Positions 1 through 14,292 of a stretch of 64,000 bases of DNA are shown one piece after another. Every line of letters begins with the position of its first letter. Positions within the stretch are counted from its first letter, which is position 1. The notes beneath the pieces are model-generated. The model was not told where the DNA came from. It worked only from the letters and a program-made list of their open reading frames with translations, and searched no databases. Origin of the DNA: Felis catus (lineage: Eukaryota); contig NC_058368.1 of NCBI RefSeq assembly GCF_018350175.1, positions 70,992,001 through 71,056,000 on the forward strand, given 5' to 3'. A program made the translations under genes and the position numbers.

Positions 1-686
1 CTCTGGCTATAACTTTGATATTTAGCATAAACAGCATTCACCAAGCCCCACCAAGGACCAATAAGATCTAATGATTTATTCTTATTTGAACTGATTTATT
101 CACCAAGCAAGAACATTTGACATGAAAAATGCCAAATTTAGGACAGATAGCTGTTTTCCAGGATGCAACCCCCAAATAATATTTTAATGTGCTTTTAATG
201 TCTTTTCTTGAAAATGGCTCTCAATGACTATATGCTTACTTTTGTTGGTCACAACCACAGTGGATTTGGGTCTGAAAAGTTGGGCGAGGGCCTAGTAAAA
301 CAGAAGATAAACATGCCAACTCTTTTCTAGTGCCTTCTGGCTGGGATTTCAGAAAAAGTGGTAGGGGGTCTTAATGTATACTACAGGTAGGATTCAATTT
401 TCCTCCTACCCACTGATAATGGGACAGTGCCTAAGCAAAGATGTGAGTGATACCTGAAATATAAAGGCCATGGGATTATGTAGGCATTTGCTCATCTCAT
501 TCTTTTTCAGCTCTTAGCCAAATTCTCTTGTTCCAGAATCTGGATTTATCCCTGGTAAGTATTTCCTTCCCAGGGATGATGATTTTCATTGAGAATGTAA
601 TGAGTTTCCTAAAAAGAATCAGATTGTATTGGGAGTCCTTAGAACAACAGTCTTTTGTTTAGATTTCAACACATAAAGTCTTTATC

Positions 687-690
<4 letters not shown>

Positions 691-762
<72 letters not shown>
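691..762. repeat. Compound microsatellite (GT)19(GA)17
   Basis: Directly visible in the sequence. Confidence 0.95.
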
Positions 763-765
<3 letters not shown>

Positions 766-860
766 AATGAATGAATGAGAAATGAAAATGTAAGCACAAA
801 GCCAAGAAAGGAAGACTGGCTTCCAGTTCTTGCCCTATCTGGTTACATGTGAGAATTTGT

Positions 861-1282
861 GTAACAGATACCAGCCAGCTGTTCACCAAAACCCACTTCT
901 ACTTCTTCCTGGCACACAGATGATATTTCCCAGCCTCCTTTGCAGTTACATATTGCCATATGATTAAGTTCTGACCCACAGAATGTGGGTGGGAGTGATG
1001 TTTACTACTTCCAGCCCTCACCCATAAAAACTTTTCACTATCCACCATGTTCTTTCTCCTTGTCAATTGTTAATAGCCAGAGAGACACCTTGAAAGTTGT
1101 GGGTTAAAGATGATAGGGCCACTGGGGCACCTGGGTGGCTCAGTCGGTTAAGCATCCGACTTCAGCTCAGGTCATGGAGTTTGAGCCCCAGTTTGTGAAT
1201 TTGAGCCCTGCATCAGGCTCCATGCTGGCATTGTGGAGCCTGCTTGGGATTCTCAGCTCTCTCCTCTCTCTGCCCCTCCCCT

Positions 1283-1328
<46 letters not shown>

Positions 1329-1500
1329 AATTAATTTTTAAAAAAGATGATAGAGCTACTGGCAGCCTGGGTCCCTGAAGACTGGGTGGAGCAGAAGGCA
1401 ACCCCTGCCCCCACTCACAGATTAGATTCAACATGAACAAGACAGGAGCTGCTACTGTGTTAAGCCTCTATGATTGTAGGTTTTCTGTTCTACCAGCTCA
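861..1500. mobile_element. Old ERVL-MaLR LTR (MLT1J/I-like) interrupted by a CanSINE
   Basis: MLT1-type motifs tttcccagcctcctttgcagtta, ggcagcctgggtccctga and tgtgttaagcctct. Confidence 0.65.
1124..1342 (+). mobile_element. CanSINE (SINEC)
   Basis: ggggcacctgggtggctcagtcggttaag head, (CT)n tract and tail. TSD aaagatgatagRgcYact. Confidence 0.92.
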
Positions 1501-2054
1501 TATCACTGTAGCTAAAATGTGAAGTCATTTACCCTCTTCGCTTTCTATAGCTGTAAGGTAGGATTTGCTTTGTGCAAAGCTCCACTTAATCCACTTGAAA
1601 TGTGCCATGTGTAAAAATGCTTTCCTTACCCAGTGTTCTTTTCTAGTCACTCCCCATGCATATTTACTTCGTTGCAGTAATAGTTTGAATGTAATTTTGT
1701 AGTTAGATATTTTTTACTTAACACAGCACAAGAATTTTTCCACATCACCATAGTCTTCATAATTATAAATGTTAATGACTTCTTAATATTCTATCAAGCT
1801 GATGCACAAAAATTGTCTAAAACAAGTATGAGATGCTACTGTTATACCCTGCTTTGAGACAATCCAACTTATCAAAATGCTTAAATCAGGAGGGTGAATG
1901 GTAAAGTTAAAGCAATGTTTGCTCATCAAAAGAATTCTCTACCAGGGATTTTTAAATAGCAAGTTCTTCTTGTGTTTCTTTGGTATAATTTAAATTACAA
2001 AAATGTAATACATCCTCAGCTACCTACTATACAATGCATGGCATTTGTGTTTTA

Positions 2055-2252
2055 TTTTTTAATGTTTATTTATTTATTTTGGGTGAGAGAGTCTGCAGGA
2101 AAGGGGCAGAGAGAAAGGAAGAGCGAGAATCCCAAGCAGGCTCTGCAACATCAGTACAGAGCCCAATGTAGGACTCGATCCCACGAACCATGAGATCATG
2201 ATCTGAGCTGAGATCAAGACACGCTTAACCAACTGAGCCACCCAGATGCCCC
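2055..2252 (-). mobile_element. CanSINE (SINEC)
   Basis: Reverse SINE head ttaaccaactgagccacccagatgcccc with a T-rich tail. Confidence 0.9.
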
Positions 2253-3127
2253 AGCACTTGTATTTTATATATGTAAATTTTGATATGCAGGTTCGGTGGC
2301 TGCTGGTTGCAGAGAATGCCAGCTTCCATAAAGCAGACCTGATCCAGGTGATCTCTGCTGCACGTCCAGCCTTCTCCACTGGCAATGGCATAACCAGGCA
2401 CTGAAGATCCTGCAGGGGTTGGGGTGGGAGGGTGTTGCATTCACACTTATATTTGCATCTATTGTTTTTGCACATTTGTGTTTTAAATATCTTGTCTTAA
2501 CTGCAGAAAAATAGAATAATAAAAATGGGGAAAAAATCACTCAGATACTTACCACAGTAACAGTAGACATGCTGTTTCAATATTCTTTGTTTACTTGCCC
2601 ATATGCACACAGAATATATACCTGGTCATATTTGAATACACTTTTGTTTCCTCCTTCGGTCATGTAACTCTCTACAGAGATCATTGCCATGTTGCTTCAT
2701 AGTCTCAATATTAGAAAAAAAAAAAAAACCCTCTGCACTATCTAAACTCTCCCCATTGGAGTAATTACTATAATAACTTGAAGAAACTTTAAGCCCAGAA
2801 TTCAACATTTAGATCAAAATACCAACACAGAGATGCATGTATGTGCTAGCAAAAACATTTAGGTTTTTCATGTTATATTAAGTCTTCTAAGAAAGGTTCC
2901 TTAGCATGTTGTTCCATTGTTTATGTACATTACTATACATGTTAATATGGCATAGAAGGAGAACATGAGCTGTATCTGTTACTGTGCAGTATCATTTATT
3001 GTAAAAATATACCCATGAGTGCTTATTCACTGCTAGATAATTAGTGTTTTAAATCCTTGACATAATGTAGAAAATACTTGGTGAGTTGTTACATAGGCAA
3101 TTAAATTTTAAGAAGAATTTTTGAAGT

Positions 3128-3254
3128 GGAGCACCTTGGTGACTCCGTCGGTTGAGTGTCCCACTCTTGGTTTCGGCTCAGGTCATGATCTCAGTTCATG
3201 AGTTTGAGCTCCACGTAGGGCTCTGTACTAGCAGTACAGAGCTTGCTTGGGAAT

Positions 3255-3312
<58 letters not shown>

Positions 3313-3362
3313 GCCCCTACCCCGCTCTTGCTCTGTCTCAAAATAAATAAACATTAAAAAAA
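3128..3362 (+). mobile_element. CanSINE with expanded (CT)n
   Basis: SINE head, long CT tract and aaataaataaacatt tail. Confidence 0.88.
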
Positions 3363-4086
3363 TTTTTTTTGAGGGAATTGATCGGGGTCTTGAGGCTGGC
3401 TGGGAACACAATACTGTTGTTTCCATTTACAATGAGGGAATGTAAGCTTTCACTATTCAAAAACTTTTTCAGTCCATTTTCATCCAGCCATTTTCACAAA
3501 TTGACTAGGTTTGGATATCAAAGGATGTCTGTATTTATCTGTATCCCTTAATAGGTTCTGAGCAACTTAAAGACAGTAACTATGACACATTCATCTAACA
3601 CAGTGCCTGGCACTTAGTTGGTTTAATTCACATTATTCTGTAAATAAATGAATGAACAGATAAGCATATCTCTAACTGTTATTAGATAAGCATATCTCTA
3701 ACTTTCATTTGCTGTGGGAAATTAGGCTTATTGCTCTTTGTGAAAGGCATAGCCAAGGAATTCTGGTGTGTGTTGCAAGGCATCACCAAGGCACTGTATG
3801 TGTGTGGTCAAAAGTGCTGCTGCCTTCTCCCCAGGTCTCTTAGGTCTGGCCTAGCTCAGTGGTGTTGAGATCAGACTCAGGAGGACCTAGTTTCCCTCAC
3901 AGAAAGCACACTGCCTTTTTTCTCTTTTATGAATGGGCAATAAAAGTGAAAAATAAATCCTCAGTGAGCTTATATTCTTCTTTGAGAGCAAAAATGGCAC
4001 CTCCATTTCCTGGGAAGATATGTCTCCATTGAGGGTTGGTGCCCGGAAATCAAGCAGGGACCCACATCATAACCAGGGAAAGTGTC

Positions 4087-4485
4087 TGTGGTACACTCCA
4101 ATGATTCATGCCTCCTATATCCACACTCTTGTGTAGTCCCCTCCCGCATTGATTCTGGTTTAGGCCAGGTGACTTGCATAGGCCTATAGATCACATTGGG
4201 GAATTGCCCTTCCGGAACTCTGCCATCTCATGCCGGATCCCTAGCTCTCCTGTTGGAGAGCCCACACTACAGTCCCACACTAACAGTCGGGTGAGTGGGG
4301 TCATCTTAGATCATTCAGCCCCAGACAAGCTGCCAGATAACTGGGTGCACATAAGCAGCCCCCAGTGAGACCAGCAGAACCACCCAGGTGAGTCAGTGCA
4401 AATTCTGACCCATAGAACCATGAGCAAATAAAATGGTTATGGTTTTAAGCCACTAAGTTTTGTGGTGATTTATCTCACTAATACA
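4087..4485. mobile_element. ERVL-MaLR LTR (MLT1E/F-like)
   Basis: tgtgg...aca termini. Motifs cagaaccacccaggtgag and ggttttaagccactaagttttg. Confidence 0.7.
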
Positions 4486-4531
4486 AGGTCCACACTGTCA
4501 AGTCCAAATGAGTAGATAAGAATGTAAACAG

Positions 4532-4800
4532 GGGGCGCCTGGGTGGCTCAGTCAGTTAAGTGTACCACTTTGGCTCAGGTCGTGATCTCATGGTTTGTGG
4601 GTTTGAGCCCCGTGTCAGGCTCTGTGCTGAGAGCTCAGAGCCTGAAGCCTGCTTTGGGTTCTGTGTCTCCCTCTCTCTCTGCCCCTCCCCCACTCATGCT
4701 TGCTCGCGCGCGTGCTCTCTCTCTCTCTCTCTCTCTCTCTCAAAAATAAATAAACATTAAAAACAATTTTTTTAAATAAACATTAAAAAAAGGTTTTTTA
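4532..4800 (+). mobile_element. CanSINE (SINEC_Fc-type)
   Basis: SINE head and body. TSD aagaaYRtaaacag. Confidence 0.92.
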
Positions 4801-5640
4801 AAGAACATAAACAGGAAGGCAAAGCAGCAGAACTAGTCCCTAGGAGGCTTAAAACTGGGACAGGATCAGGGGCATGAAAGAAGTCAAAGAAGTGGTTCAA
4901 AAGTAGGACTGAGACTTACTTATGACACCGGAAGATCCCTCCGGTTTGTGTTGGTCATTGGCAGGAGCAGGCATGGTGACTTAAGAGTCATGCTCAACAA
5001 GATCAAGTACAACACATCCACAAATGAGCCCAATGGGCCTTAGTAAGTGGTGATTGTGGCTTTGTGTTGATCGGCTCTATTTGCTGTCGTCCAGTTTCCA
5101 TTCAGACAAATGGCACATGACTGCAGTGAAATGAGAAGTAAGGTACAGTCAGTGTGCTCAGAGAGCGAGGTCTTAGTTCTGACCTTATTAACATTATGCC
5201 CTGTGCCCTACCCACTACACAACTGTGGCCCAAAGTACTGAGGAGTCAGGAAAACATAGCTGATTTAGGGGTTTCCTTTCTGCTACAATAAAGCTCAGAA
5301 AGAAAATCCGCCATTCCTGCCCCTCCCCAGGCCTTACTCCCTAGAAAAAAATCACTTTCAAATTTTCTAACTTTCTTACTACTTCTAAATAGCATGTTTA
5401 TACTGTGATTTCTTCATTTTTCAATTTTAAATATTATCAATTGACTTCTTTTTATGTAAGATGAGGATTGAGCTCTTTCACCTCTCCCTCTTATCCCCAT
5501 CCTCCCAATATAAGTATATTTTAGGACTAGATCAATATTTAAGGTTTACCTAATATGGTTTACTGTGATTATATTTGCTTTCTTGTTCTTGAAATTAATA
5601 ATTTCCTTGGTTCTACTTATTTATCAAAAAAAAATGTTTA

Positions 5641-6031
5641 TTAACCCAAGTCCGTAGCTCACATTAAGGATTCACTCTCAATCTTGTACAATTTATGGGT
5701 TTTGACAACTGCTTAATGTCATATATCTACCATTACAGTATCATACAAAATAGTTTTATTACTCTAAAAATCCCCTCTGCTCTGCCTGTTTCAGTCTTTT
5801 CTAGTGATCCCCTGGGAACCACTGATCTTTTTACTGTCTCCATAATTTTGCCTTTTCCAGAATGTCAAATAGTCAGAATCATATAGTGTATAAACTTTTC
5901 AGACTGGTTTCTTTCACTTAGCGTTAATCCATTTAGGATTCCTTCATATCTTTTTTGTGGCTTGATCTTCTTTTTATTGCTGACTAGTATTCCATTGTAT
6001 GAGTGCCACAGTTCATCTCTTCGCCTATTGA
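5641..6031 (-). mobile_element. Old L1 3' region (L1MC-like)
   Basis: accactgatctttttactgtctccataattttgccttttccagaatgtc, typical of an antisense L1MC 3' end. Confidence 0.75.
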
Positions 6032-8345
6032 ATTTGCTGTGTCTTCTAGATGTCTCTCGCTAATTCAGTCCCAAACTCCACCAGAGCCATCATCCCTTCT
6101 CCGATATGTGTTGGCTGCCTACTAACTTGTTATCTGGTAGCTGCCTTCCCTGTCATCCTGGGAAGTCCTTTGGCCTAATTTCTGAGTTGGATTTTATGTT
6201 TATTGGATCTCATGTCTTTTTTTTTTTTCTTGGTTTATTCCCTCATTTTAAGGGAGTACATCCTCTAGTAACTTCCTTAGGAAAGGATGCATGGGAGATA
6301 ATTTACCAAAAAATGTTGACATGTCTGCAAGTGTTTATTATACTCTTATAGATCAGACTTTTCTAGACTTAAGTCCTAAGAGGAAAGCTAGTTGTTTTAC
6401 TGATGGCTTAGTATAAGCATGCTATTAAGAGGTTCCTGAATAGTTAACATTTCAACTTTTATATCTTTGGTCTAGGTTTTTTCTTTTCTTTTTTTCTTTT
6501 TTCTTTTTTCTTTTTTTTTTCTTTTTTACTAGTTTGAAAACTATCTAATAGCCCCCACCTAATCCTGTTGTAAAATAGTTTACATTGGCCACACTTTGTT
6601 AATTGAACGTTAGAAATATTGACCTCTGTGCAGAGATCTATGTTCCATCATAAGAACGGTTATGTTCTCTTATTAATATTTCTCTCTCTGCTTTTGGATT
6701 GAAACAGTACAGAATAATTAGAGACTTTTTTGGCAAATAAAACAGTCAATAGTTGGAAAGGTATGTTTTAGTGAAGATTGTTTATAAACACACCTCTTAC
6801 TGCCAAGAACTTAAAGTCTAATTAATGAGCATCGGCCTTTCCTCTTCTCTCACTTGCTTTCATTTTCTTTCATTTACACACACTCACACACTCCTTATTC
6901 TCTTGCTTTCCCTTTTCCTCTTTATCTCAGTCTGTACAAGTTTGTGTATAAAATTGGCTTCCCTTCTAGCTGTTTTGTCCCTGCGCTCCATCAAAAAATA
7001 TTTTCTGCATCTCTAATTTCATCAAGATATGCCTGACTGAGAATGTCAAAACCACTGAGCAGAAGTGTTTAATCCAAAGTTGGCTCTGCCGGTGATGATC
7101 AGCTGAGGAAACAACCTCGAATTTTTTCTTAATTACTTGTTAGGACGTTAAGTTTTCACTTTATGGAATAGATCCACATCCTGCTTCTCATTCCCTGCTC
7201 TTTATTGTGCAGAGCCCTCCCACTGATTTCCAATAGAGAGAGCTCTCTGCACCCACGAAACACACATGGAAGGGAAAAGGGTACCTTGGCCATCTGTAGA
7301 AATAATAACTTCAATGGTTTTCCGTAAGCAGAGAGTCACTTGATTTCTTGGCCAGTCAGATTCTGCTCACCTTTATGTAATTCCATAAACTAGGGTGTGA
7401 GGTTGAACTGGTCACCAGCAAGCCCCAGAACAGCCCAGGGTGTAGCCAGGAGCAGAAGACTGCAGTTCCAGTCCCTGCTGAGCAGTCTGATGGCCATATC
7501 AGATCAGGAAGGGCTGCTAATCTTTCCAAGCCTTTTATGGCATCATCTGTAAAATGGGGGTGATGCCATCAACCTTTTAGTCTGAAGGATACAAAAATAA
7601 AATGAGTGTATGTGAAAGCACTTTATAAATGATAAAGTGTCATGTGAATGTTACTTATCATCTGACCTTAGAGATAAGAATTAAAACGATATTATTTCTG
7701 TTGCAAGTTTTTTTTTTTTTCCTTTTGGTTTAGTCCTCTTTAGATGAAGGATGCTTCGTTGTTTAAACTATTTTATAAATATAAAATTTATGAAAAGAAG
7801 GATGCATAGTATAATTAGCAGGGAAGGAAGCTTATGTTTCTTTGGGATGAGAACCCCTGTGACTCACTTGTTGGCCCAATATAATACATTCATCATCACC
7901 TTTCATGAGGTTTACCCATGGGTTAAGAGCGCATCATGCTCAAAGGACACACTTAGTGGATATTTCAGAACAGCAGTCAGGGAAAGCATGTGCTAGGAAC
8001 TGGTCAGGTGGGCAACACAGACAACCATTGCTATGTTGGCCATGGTTGGAACAACTGCTTTGGAGACACTGGTAGAACAGAACAGAAAGTATTAGAATAG
8101 GTGCTCTTCCTCCTCTCCATTTCAGCTTGTTTGCCATTCCCTTCTCTGTACAATATTTATACAAGGCTCAGAGTCTGCATCTTCTCCCAATGGATATCTG
8201 GTGAGGAAGACTTTAGAGCTGCAGATCGCTCGTGTATCATGCCTCATTTGATAAGGCGTGACTTGCAGGACCCTTCCAAAAGGAAGAAGGCAAATCTTTA
8301 TGGACCGAAGACATTGATTTTTTTTTTCACAGTTTAAAAGAAATC

Positions 8346-8710
8346 TGTGATGATCTGTTTTTTGCATCAACTTGGTTAAGCTATAGTAAGTACCCAGTCA
8401 TTTAATCAAACACAAATCTAGATGGTGCTGGGAAGATATTTTGTGGATATAGTTAACATCTCTAATCAGTTTACTTTATGTAAAGTAGATTACCCTGGGT
8501 AATGTAGATGGGTCCCATCCAATCAGTCGAAGGTCTCCTGGAGAAGAAATTCTGCCTTCAGGATTATAACATCAACTCTTGCCCAGGTTTCCAGTGTGCC
8601 AGCTTCCCTGGTGGATTTTGAATTTGTCAGTCCACAATCTTGTAAGCCAATTCCTTAAAATAAATCTGTCTATCTCTCTTCTGTTTCTCTGGAGATCCCT
8701 GACTGATACA
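8346..8710. mobile_element. ERVL LTR (MLT2D-like)
   Basis: Termini tgtgatg...ccctgactgataca. Internal ccaatcagtcgaagg and agccaattccttaaaataaatc. Confidence 0.8.
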
Positions 8711-11700
8711 GCTTTTCTCTATCCAGAGATTACCTTTCCTTTGACTCTGTTATAACCCAACTCTCAGCAATCCAGGATGTCAAATGTTTTATTTTCACTA
8801 GGAAAATCACTGCATTACTAGGACCACAAACCATGTAAATTAATTCCAAATTATAATCCAACTCTGATCTTAGAATCTACCGAACTTTGATATAGCTTAA
8901 GTACATACTTTTTCAATTCTTATTGATTTCACTTCATCAAAAGCCAGAAGTTCAAAACATCTGTATTCTAATCCCATATCTACTTTAGTTCTCATAACTC
9001 TACAGTCTCTGGTTATTCTCCAAATGGTCTCCCCAATGAACACATGCTCATCAGCAAAGACTCTCAACGTACTGGCAAGGTGGCAGCTGTGTCAGGGTGC
9101 CGAGGCAATAGATCTCAAGTTGTAAGCATTATGTTGCAAAGAAGTAGTCTTTCCTTTGACACCAGACTTGAAAAGGTAGCGATCTCATAATTCAGGGTTT
9201 CAAGATCAGTCAGGAGTAAAAAAATTCTTCCGTTTAAAGAGTTATTTTTATTTGCAGGGCCAGTCCCAGAATCCTTTACATACATTCTAGGCCCTTGATC
9301 TCCATGAATCACAAATGTTATGAACCTCACCTCTGGCCATTCCCAGGCAGACGAGTCGGGGTCTGGGTTCCGTGAGTCATTTATCACGGACTTCAGTTTT
9401 AAGCAGTTCCCAGTGGGATTACGTGTGAGCCTTTTCAATTGTCCGTGACTGTGTTCCGTATACACATATCGATCGCCCTCTCTAATTCCCAGACCTGGTG
9501 CCCTGCCCTTCTGTCTGGCTTGGGTGAAGCAGCATGGAGGCACCATGCTGGCCCCTGAGGGGTGGAGAAAGAACCTGGCGCCACTGAGCAGACGTCCCTT
9601 AATGGTAATCCTCCAGTGAGTCGGTGGCCTCCAAAGAGACCATGAGTGTGGCCTGTTGATGAGGAATGTAGTCATGGTCACACAAAAAAATCCCCAGTCT
9701 CTGCCTCAGGACCCCATGCATGGCCCATCATCCCTGCTGCAGAAAGAAACTGGACAGGACCTCCCCTTAGGAGCCTGTCAGCCCTCGTCACTAATCAGCC
9801 CAGGGGCTACTCAGAATGACTGGAGGCACTCACTTCCACCCCCCCGCCAATTGCACTGCCCGCTCTCAGCCCCTGCCACCTGGGGAGCCCCACACCAGGC
9901 CAGGGCAATCAAGCTTGGCTTCTGCATGGCCGTGCAAATCTCACCATCAGCCAGACTCCTAAAATATTTATATTTATACATGCAGGGCTCAGACTTTCTA
10001 CCCTAACAGGTAAGGACTGAGTATGGTTTGGAAAAGTTTGTTCATACCATGCGAGCAGACCTATCAGCAGCGGCTCACCTGGCTGGAAGGGCAGGGATCT
10101 CACCTACCAAAAGAGCTGAAAAGTTGGTCATTGTCATAATCCAGGCACTGAGGAAAATCATGTTAGTCTCGCCTTCCCTTTTATTCAGAGATTTGATTTC
10201 ATTCATGCACAGGCAAAAGTCAAAATGCCTCTCCTGATGGATGCCCCTCTAGGGACTCGTTGCTGGCACATTGAAGGGTGGGTGAGCACAATATATGTAT
10301 TTATTTTCAAAGATAGCATGACATCTTACCATAGAGCTTTTGTGTCTACCCATTCTCTCGAAGGACTGTTAGAAAACTAGATGGTTGGCAAGAAAATCTA
10401 GAGAAAGGGAGGGAGGCAGGAAGGTCCATATTTTCAGCTAAGATGGATGGGTACATTCAAGCCTCGATTAGCAATTGTCCCCAAATATTCAGAAAATACC
10501 TTAGACTGGGGTTTTCTTTTCTTTTTTCTTTTCTATTCTTTTTTTTTCTTTTTGACTGGAGTTTTCTGAGAGAAGATAGTGATAATTTGCCCATGTTAGT
10601 GATAGCTGTCCCCACAGAAAAAGTTCAGTTTATCTAAAAACTTAAGGTTTCACTAGCTTGTGCCTCTCATCAAATTGGCTTTGCATGCATGGGAATTATT
10701 TTAAGTACTCTTAAATGGTATCATTTCCTAGTTGCAAATTATTTGGGTGTATTTTGAAACTAATTAAAAGGGAAATGTCCTATTTTGTAAAGAGCAGCAT
10801 TTCTACATTTAAAAAATCAGATGTTCTCAGTGGGGAGCAGGGTTTTATCTTTGTCTGTGTTGGCTATTGCTAAGTGCATCCCAGATTGAAAATCTAAATG
10901 AAATAACTACAAGGATTTACATGGGGGAAGTTTATATTGGAAAAGCAGGAAGGAGACACATATACATACATAATACATAGACGATTTATCTGTGATTTTA
11001 GAAAGCCTTTTCTTGTCACATTTTTTTTCTGTCTTGCTAGTTACTTGTTATTTCCCTGTGAGCATTACAAACATGGAGGGGTGCAGAGATGCCAGGCTCC
11101 ATCATGGTGTCCAAAAATTGGCTTTGTACATATGCTAAATTAGAGACTGGCTGGCGGAAGCATTTCACAGATCCTGGATTGGCAGGGATTCCTCAGAAAG
11201 AAGACAGGGCCTCAAGCCCAAGGGACTCATTCTCCAGCCAGCAGTCATGCAACATGCTCCATCCAGCAATCCAAAACCCTTTTTAAAATAAATTCTGAAT
11301 CTTCATCAGGAATCATGTCCAGCCCAGGTAACATAGCCCCCAAAAGTCTAGTCCCCTTTCCTGTTTCATGAGGAAGAGACTATATTGAATCTTGCATGGG
11401 CCAGAGCTGTGAGATTTATCACCAAAGGATCCAGATCATTTCAGTTGCCTCTAGCAGTGAATAGGCGCTACCCAGTGTTGAAGGAGGAAGGTAGGAATCT
11501 TATAGACAAACACCTTTCTGTTTTTGTCTTCCTTGGAAATAAACTGATGTGATGGTTCTGATGGAGGAAGAGTTAACGCAGCGGAGAAATGTATTAGACA
11601 GCCGGAGCAGATAAGTCTATGCCAAAAGGCTCCACCATCTGGGTCTTTCTCGCTTACTGTGTCAACCAGAAAATGCCTCTCTCACTTACAAGTAGCTGGT

Positions 11701-12162
11701 TGATAGCTTTAATGCTCCCAAGAGATATACTTTATTTTATGGACAACAATGAGTTTTAATTTAAAAAAACAGATTTTTTTTTTTTATAGTTCTTGTCATG
11801 GACCTTGGGTTCCTGCTTAATATTAGAGCTGAGTACAGGAGAGGAAGTAAGGAGACTTATTTTCTAAGCCAAGAAGTGCTTCGGACTTAAATGATGACAT
11901 GTGACAAGTTAAGGAACAGTTCTAAGTGGGGACATTAACTCCAGGTACTTTACCTTTCCTGTCAGGGTCCAGTGAAGAATTAAGAGCTGAACTCAGTGAC
12001 CCTAGTCCCAATCAAGGCCCTAATGTGAAAGCTGGATCAGAGCCTTGCAGCCTTTTGGGTTCTGTCAATCCTTCACTGACCTGAGAGCAAGCTCTGTAAG
12101 AGCAAAGACCCCTGTCTGCCCATAGCACACTCAGTAAGCATCACTGAGTATATTCAGTGGGT

Positions 12163-12524
12163 TACATCTTAGTCAGTTCGAGCTGCTATAACAAGTACCA
12201 TAGACTAGGTGGCTTGAACAGCAAACATTTATTTCTCACGGTTCTGGGGACTCAGAAGTCCAAGATCAAGGGGTAAGACAGTTTGGTTCCTGGTAAGAGT
12301 CTATTTCCTAGTTCATAGATGTCTGTTTTCTTGACTTTTCCTCACATGACAGAGAGAAAGATAATCTCTCCTGGGTCTCTTCTTTTAAGGGCACGAATCC
12401 CATCCAAGGGATTCACCCTCATGACCTAATCACCTCCCAAAGGCTTTACCTCCAAATACCATCACATTGGAGGTTAGGGCTTCAATATACAGATTTGGGG
12501 GAGATACAAACATTCAGACCATAG
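12163..12524. mobile_element. ERVL-MaLR LTR (MLT1A0-like)
   Basis: gctgctataacaagtaccatagactaggtggctt...catgacctaatcacctcccaaagg...acaaacattcagaccatag. Confidence 0.85.
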
Positions 12525-12852
12525 GAGGTTGATTGTCTCATCAGATGGCACCAGTGAGGCCAACATCTCAAGAGGTGGAGCAAGCTTTGCATCACAACCT
12601 GTAGAGTGTGGGAAAGTGCTTAAACAGGCATCGGAAGACTTAGGCCGTAGTCCTAGCTCTGCCCCCATCATGTTGAGTGACCTCCAGTAATTTATTGATC
12701 ACATTTTTTATCTCATTTATTTCTATTTCTTTTATCTCATTATTTCTAAAGTGACTGGGTAATTGCTGAGCTTTCTTCAGCCCCAGTATTGTATGATTTA
12801 AGCCTTAGCCAACTATCTAAAAAATACATTCTCTGGATGATGAAAGATATCT

Positions 12853-13065
12853 GGGGCGCCTGGGTGGCGCAGTCGGTTAAGCGTCCGACTTCAGCCAGGT
12901 CACGATCTCGCGGTCCGTGGGTTCGAGCCCCGCGTCGGGCTCTGGGCTGATGGCTCAGAGCCTGGAGCCTGTTTCCGATTCTGTGTCTCCCTCTCTCTCT
13001 GCCCCTCCCCCGTTCATGCTCTGTCTCTCTCTGTCCCAAAAATAAATAAACGTTGAAAAAAAAAT
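12853..13065 (+). mobile_element. Young SINEC_Fc
   Basis: CpGs intact and close to the felid SINE consensus. TSD aaagatatct. Confidence 0.95.
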
Positions 13066-14082
13066 AAAGATATCTACTAGGCTTATGTGGAAAAAAGCCA
13101 GCATTGTTGGTAGAAAGAATTTCTCCAGGCACACAGCCTAAAGACTGTGACTCAGAAGTACTATCTTGCTCTTTCCCTTAACCAGTGCTCTTTCAGTGGA
13201 GGTAGGCAGCAGAAAGGGAAAGAGTAGGCACGGATACACAGCATAAGTGGGGAGGCAGAATATGGCTCCAGACAGCACTATGGTCTACAATGTAGTATTT
13301 AGAGCTAGCCAAGGACAAAGAGATGGACTTTGAGGCATTCAAGCAGTTGTGGATGCCCCTCGGGCCAGAAATATTGCAGAGGGGAGTCGTAAGTGAGCTT
13401 AAAGTTGTCCCAGATCACCTCTGAGGTCTGTGCAATTCAACTACCCTGTGACTCTGACAGTACCAAGCCCTGTCCCCTGCCATACAATGGCACCCCAAGA
13501 GACCTTGCCAAGGACTTAAAATAGTCCAGGCACTGTTCACCTCAACAGGGGTGGGGAGAGGAGGGAGGATGGAAAAGGGAGAAGTCACCTTTATTAACAT
13601 ATTTTCTAGTAGTACTTTTAAGGAATCATTCATTCCACTGTTCATGTTCATTTTCTTTGGTAGGTTTATTTTGGTTCAAAAAGTTGCTGTCTCAAGACAT
13701 AAATACATACACATCAGAAAACAGTATAATTAAGACAGTAGATTAGAGTAATATATCAAACATTTTTAGCTGATTGAAAACAAAGCTGTAAGAACTGACT
13801 TGACAAGGTACTGCTATCAAGAGTTTATCAACTTAGTTTTAACATCATATATCCAGTTCCCTCAGCAGTTCTAGTAAATGTAGTGGTGTGAAAAACAACA
13901 CAGGCAATACTTGTGCACAGCATATCTGGTGTTGATGGCAAGTGTTAGACAAGTGTGGTTTCATTTGTTATTAACTGTGACTTAATAAAGTAATTGTACC
14001 GTGATCTCTTAGCTAACCTATAGTTCTTGGCTACCACAGCCCAATGCTTGTTGATTTCTGACTCTAAGAACTGGAAGTCTTT

Positions 14083-14200
14083 GGGGCATCTGACTGGCTC
14101 AGTCAGTATAGCATGCAATTCTTGATCTCAGGGTTGTAGTTTCAAGCCCCATGATGGGTGTAGAGATTACTTAAAAACAAATAAATAAACTTAAAAATAA
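14083..14200 (+). mobile_element. Short (old-type) CanSINE
   Basis: ggggcatctgactggctcagtcagta...gtagagattactt. TSD aagaactggaag. Confidence 0.85.
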
Positions 14201-14292
14201 AGAACTGGAAGCCTTTTGGTGTTCGCCCATCTGAAGATATTCATGCAAGTGTATTAAGGCATGTAATGATTAAAATAATATACCTCATTTAC

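Noticed and set aside
3658..3703. 20-bp direct repeat agataagcatatctctaact x2 (similar: agagtttgtacaagtcgg x2 at 60611-60655, and about four ccaacacttttt units at 19784-19836)
   Set aside because: Only two to four units with little or no spacer. These are ordinary slippage or micro-duplications, not a CRISPR-like array.
9115..10006. 188-aa minus ORF and 116-aa plus ORF in GC-richer unique sequence
   Set aside because: No recognisable homology or supported exon structure. The lengths are compatible with chance.
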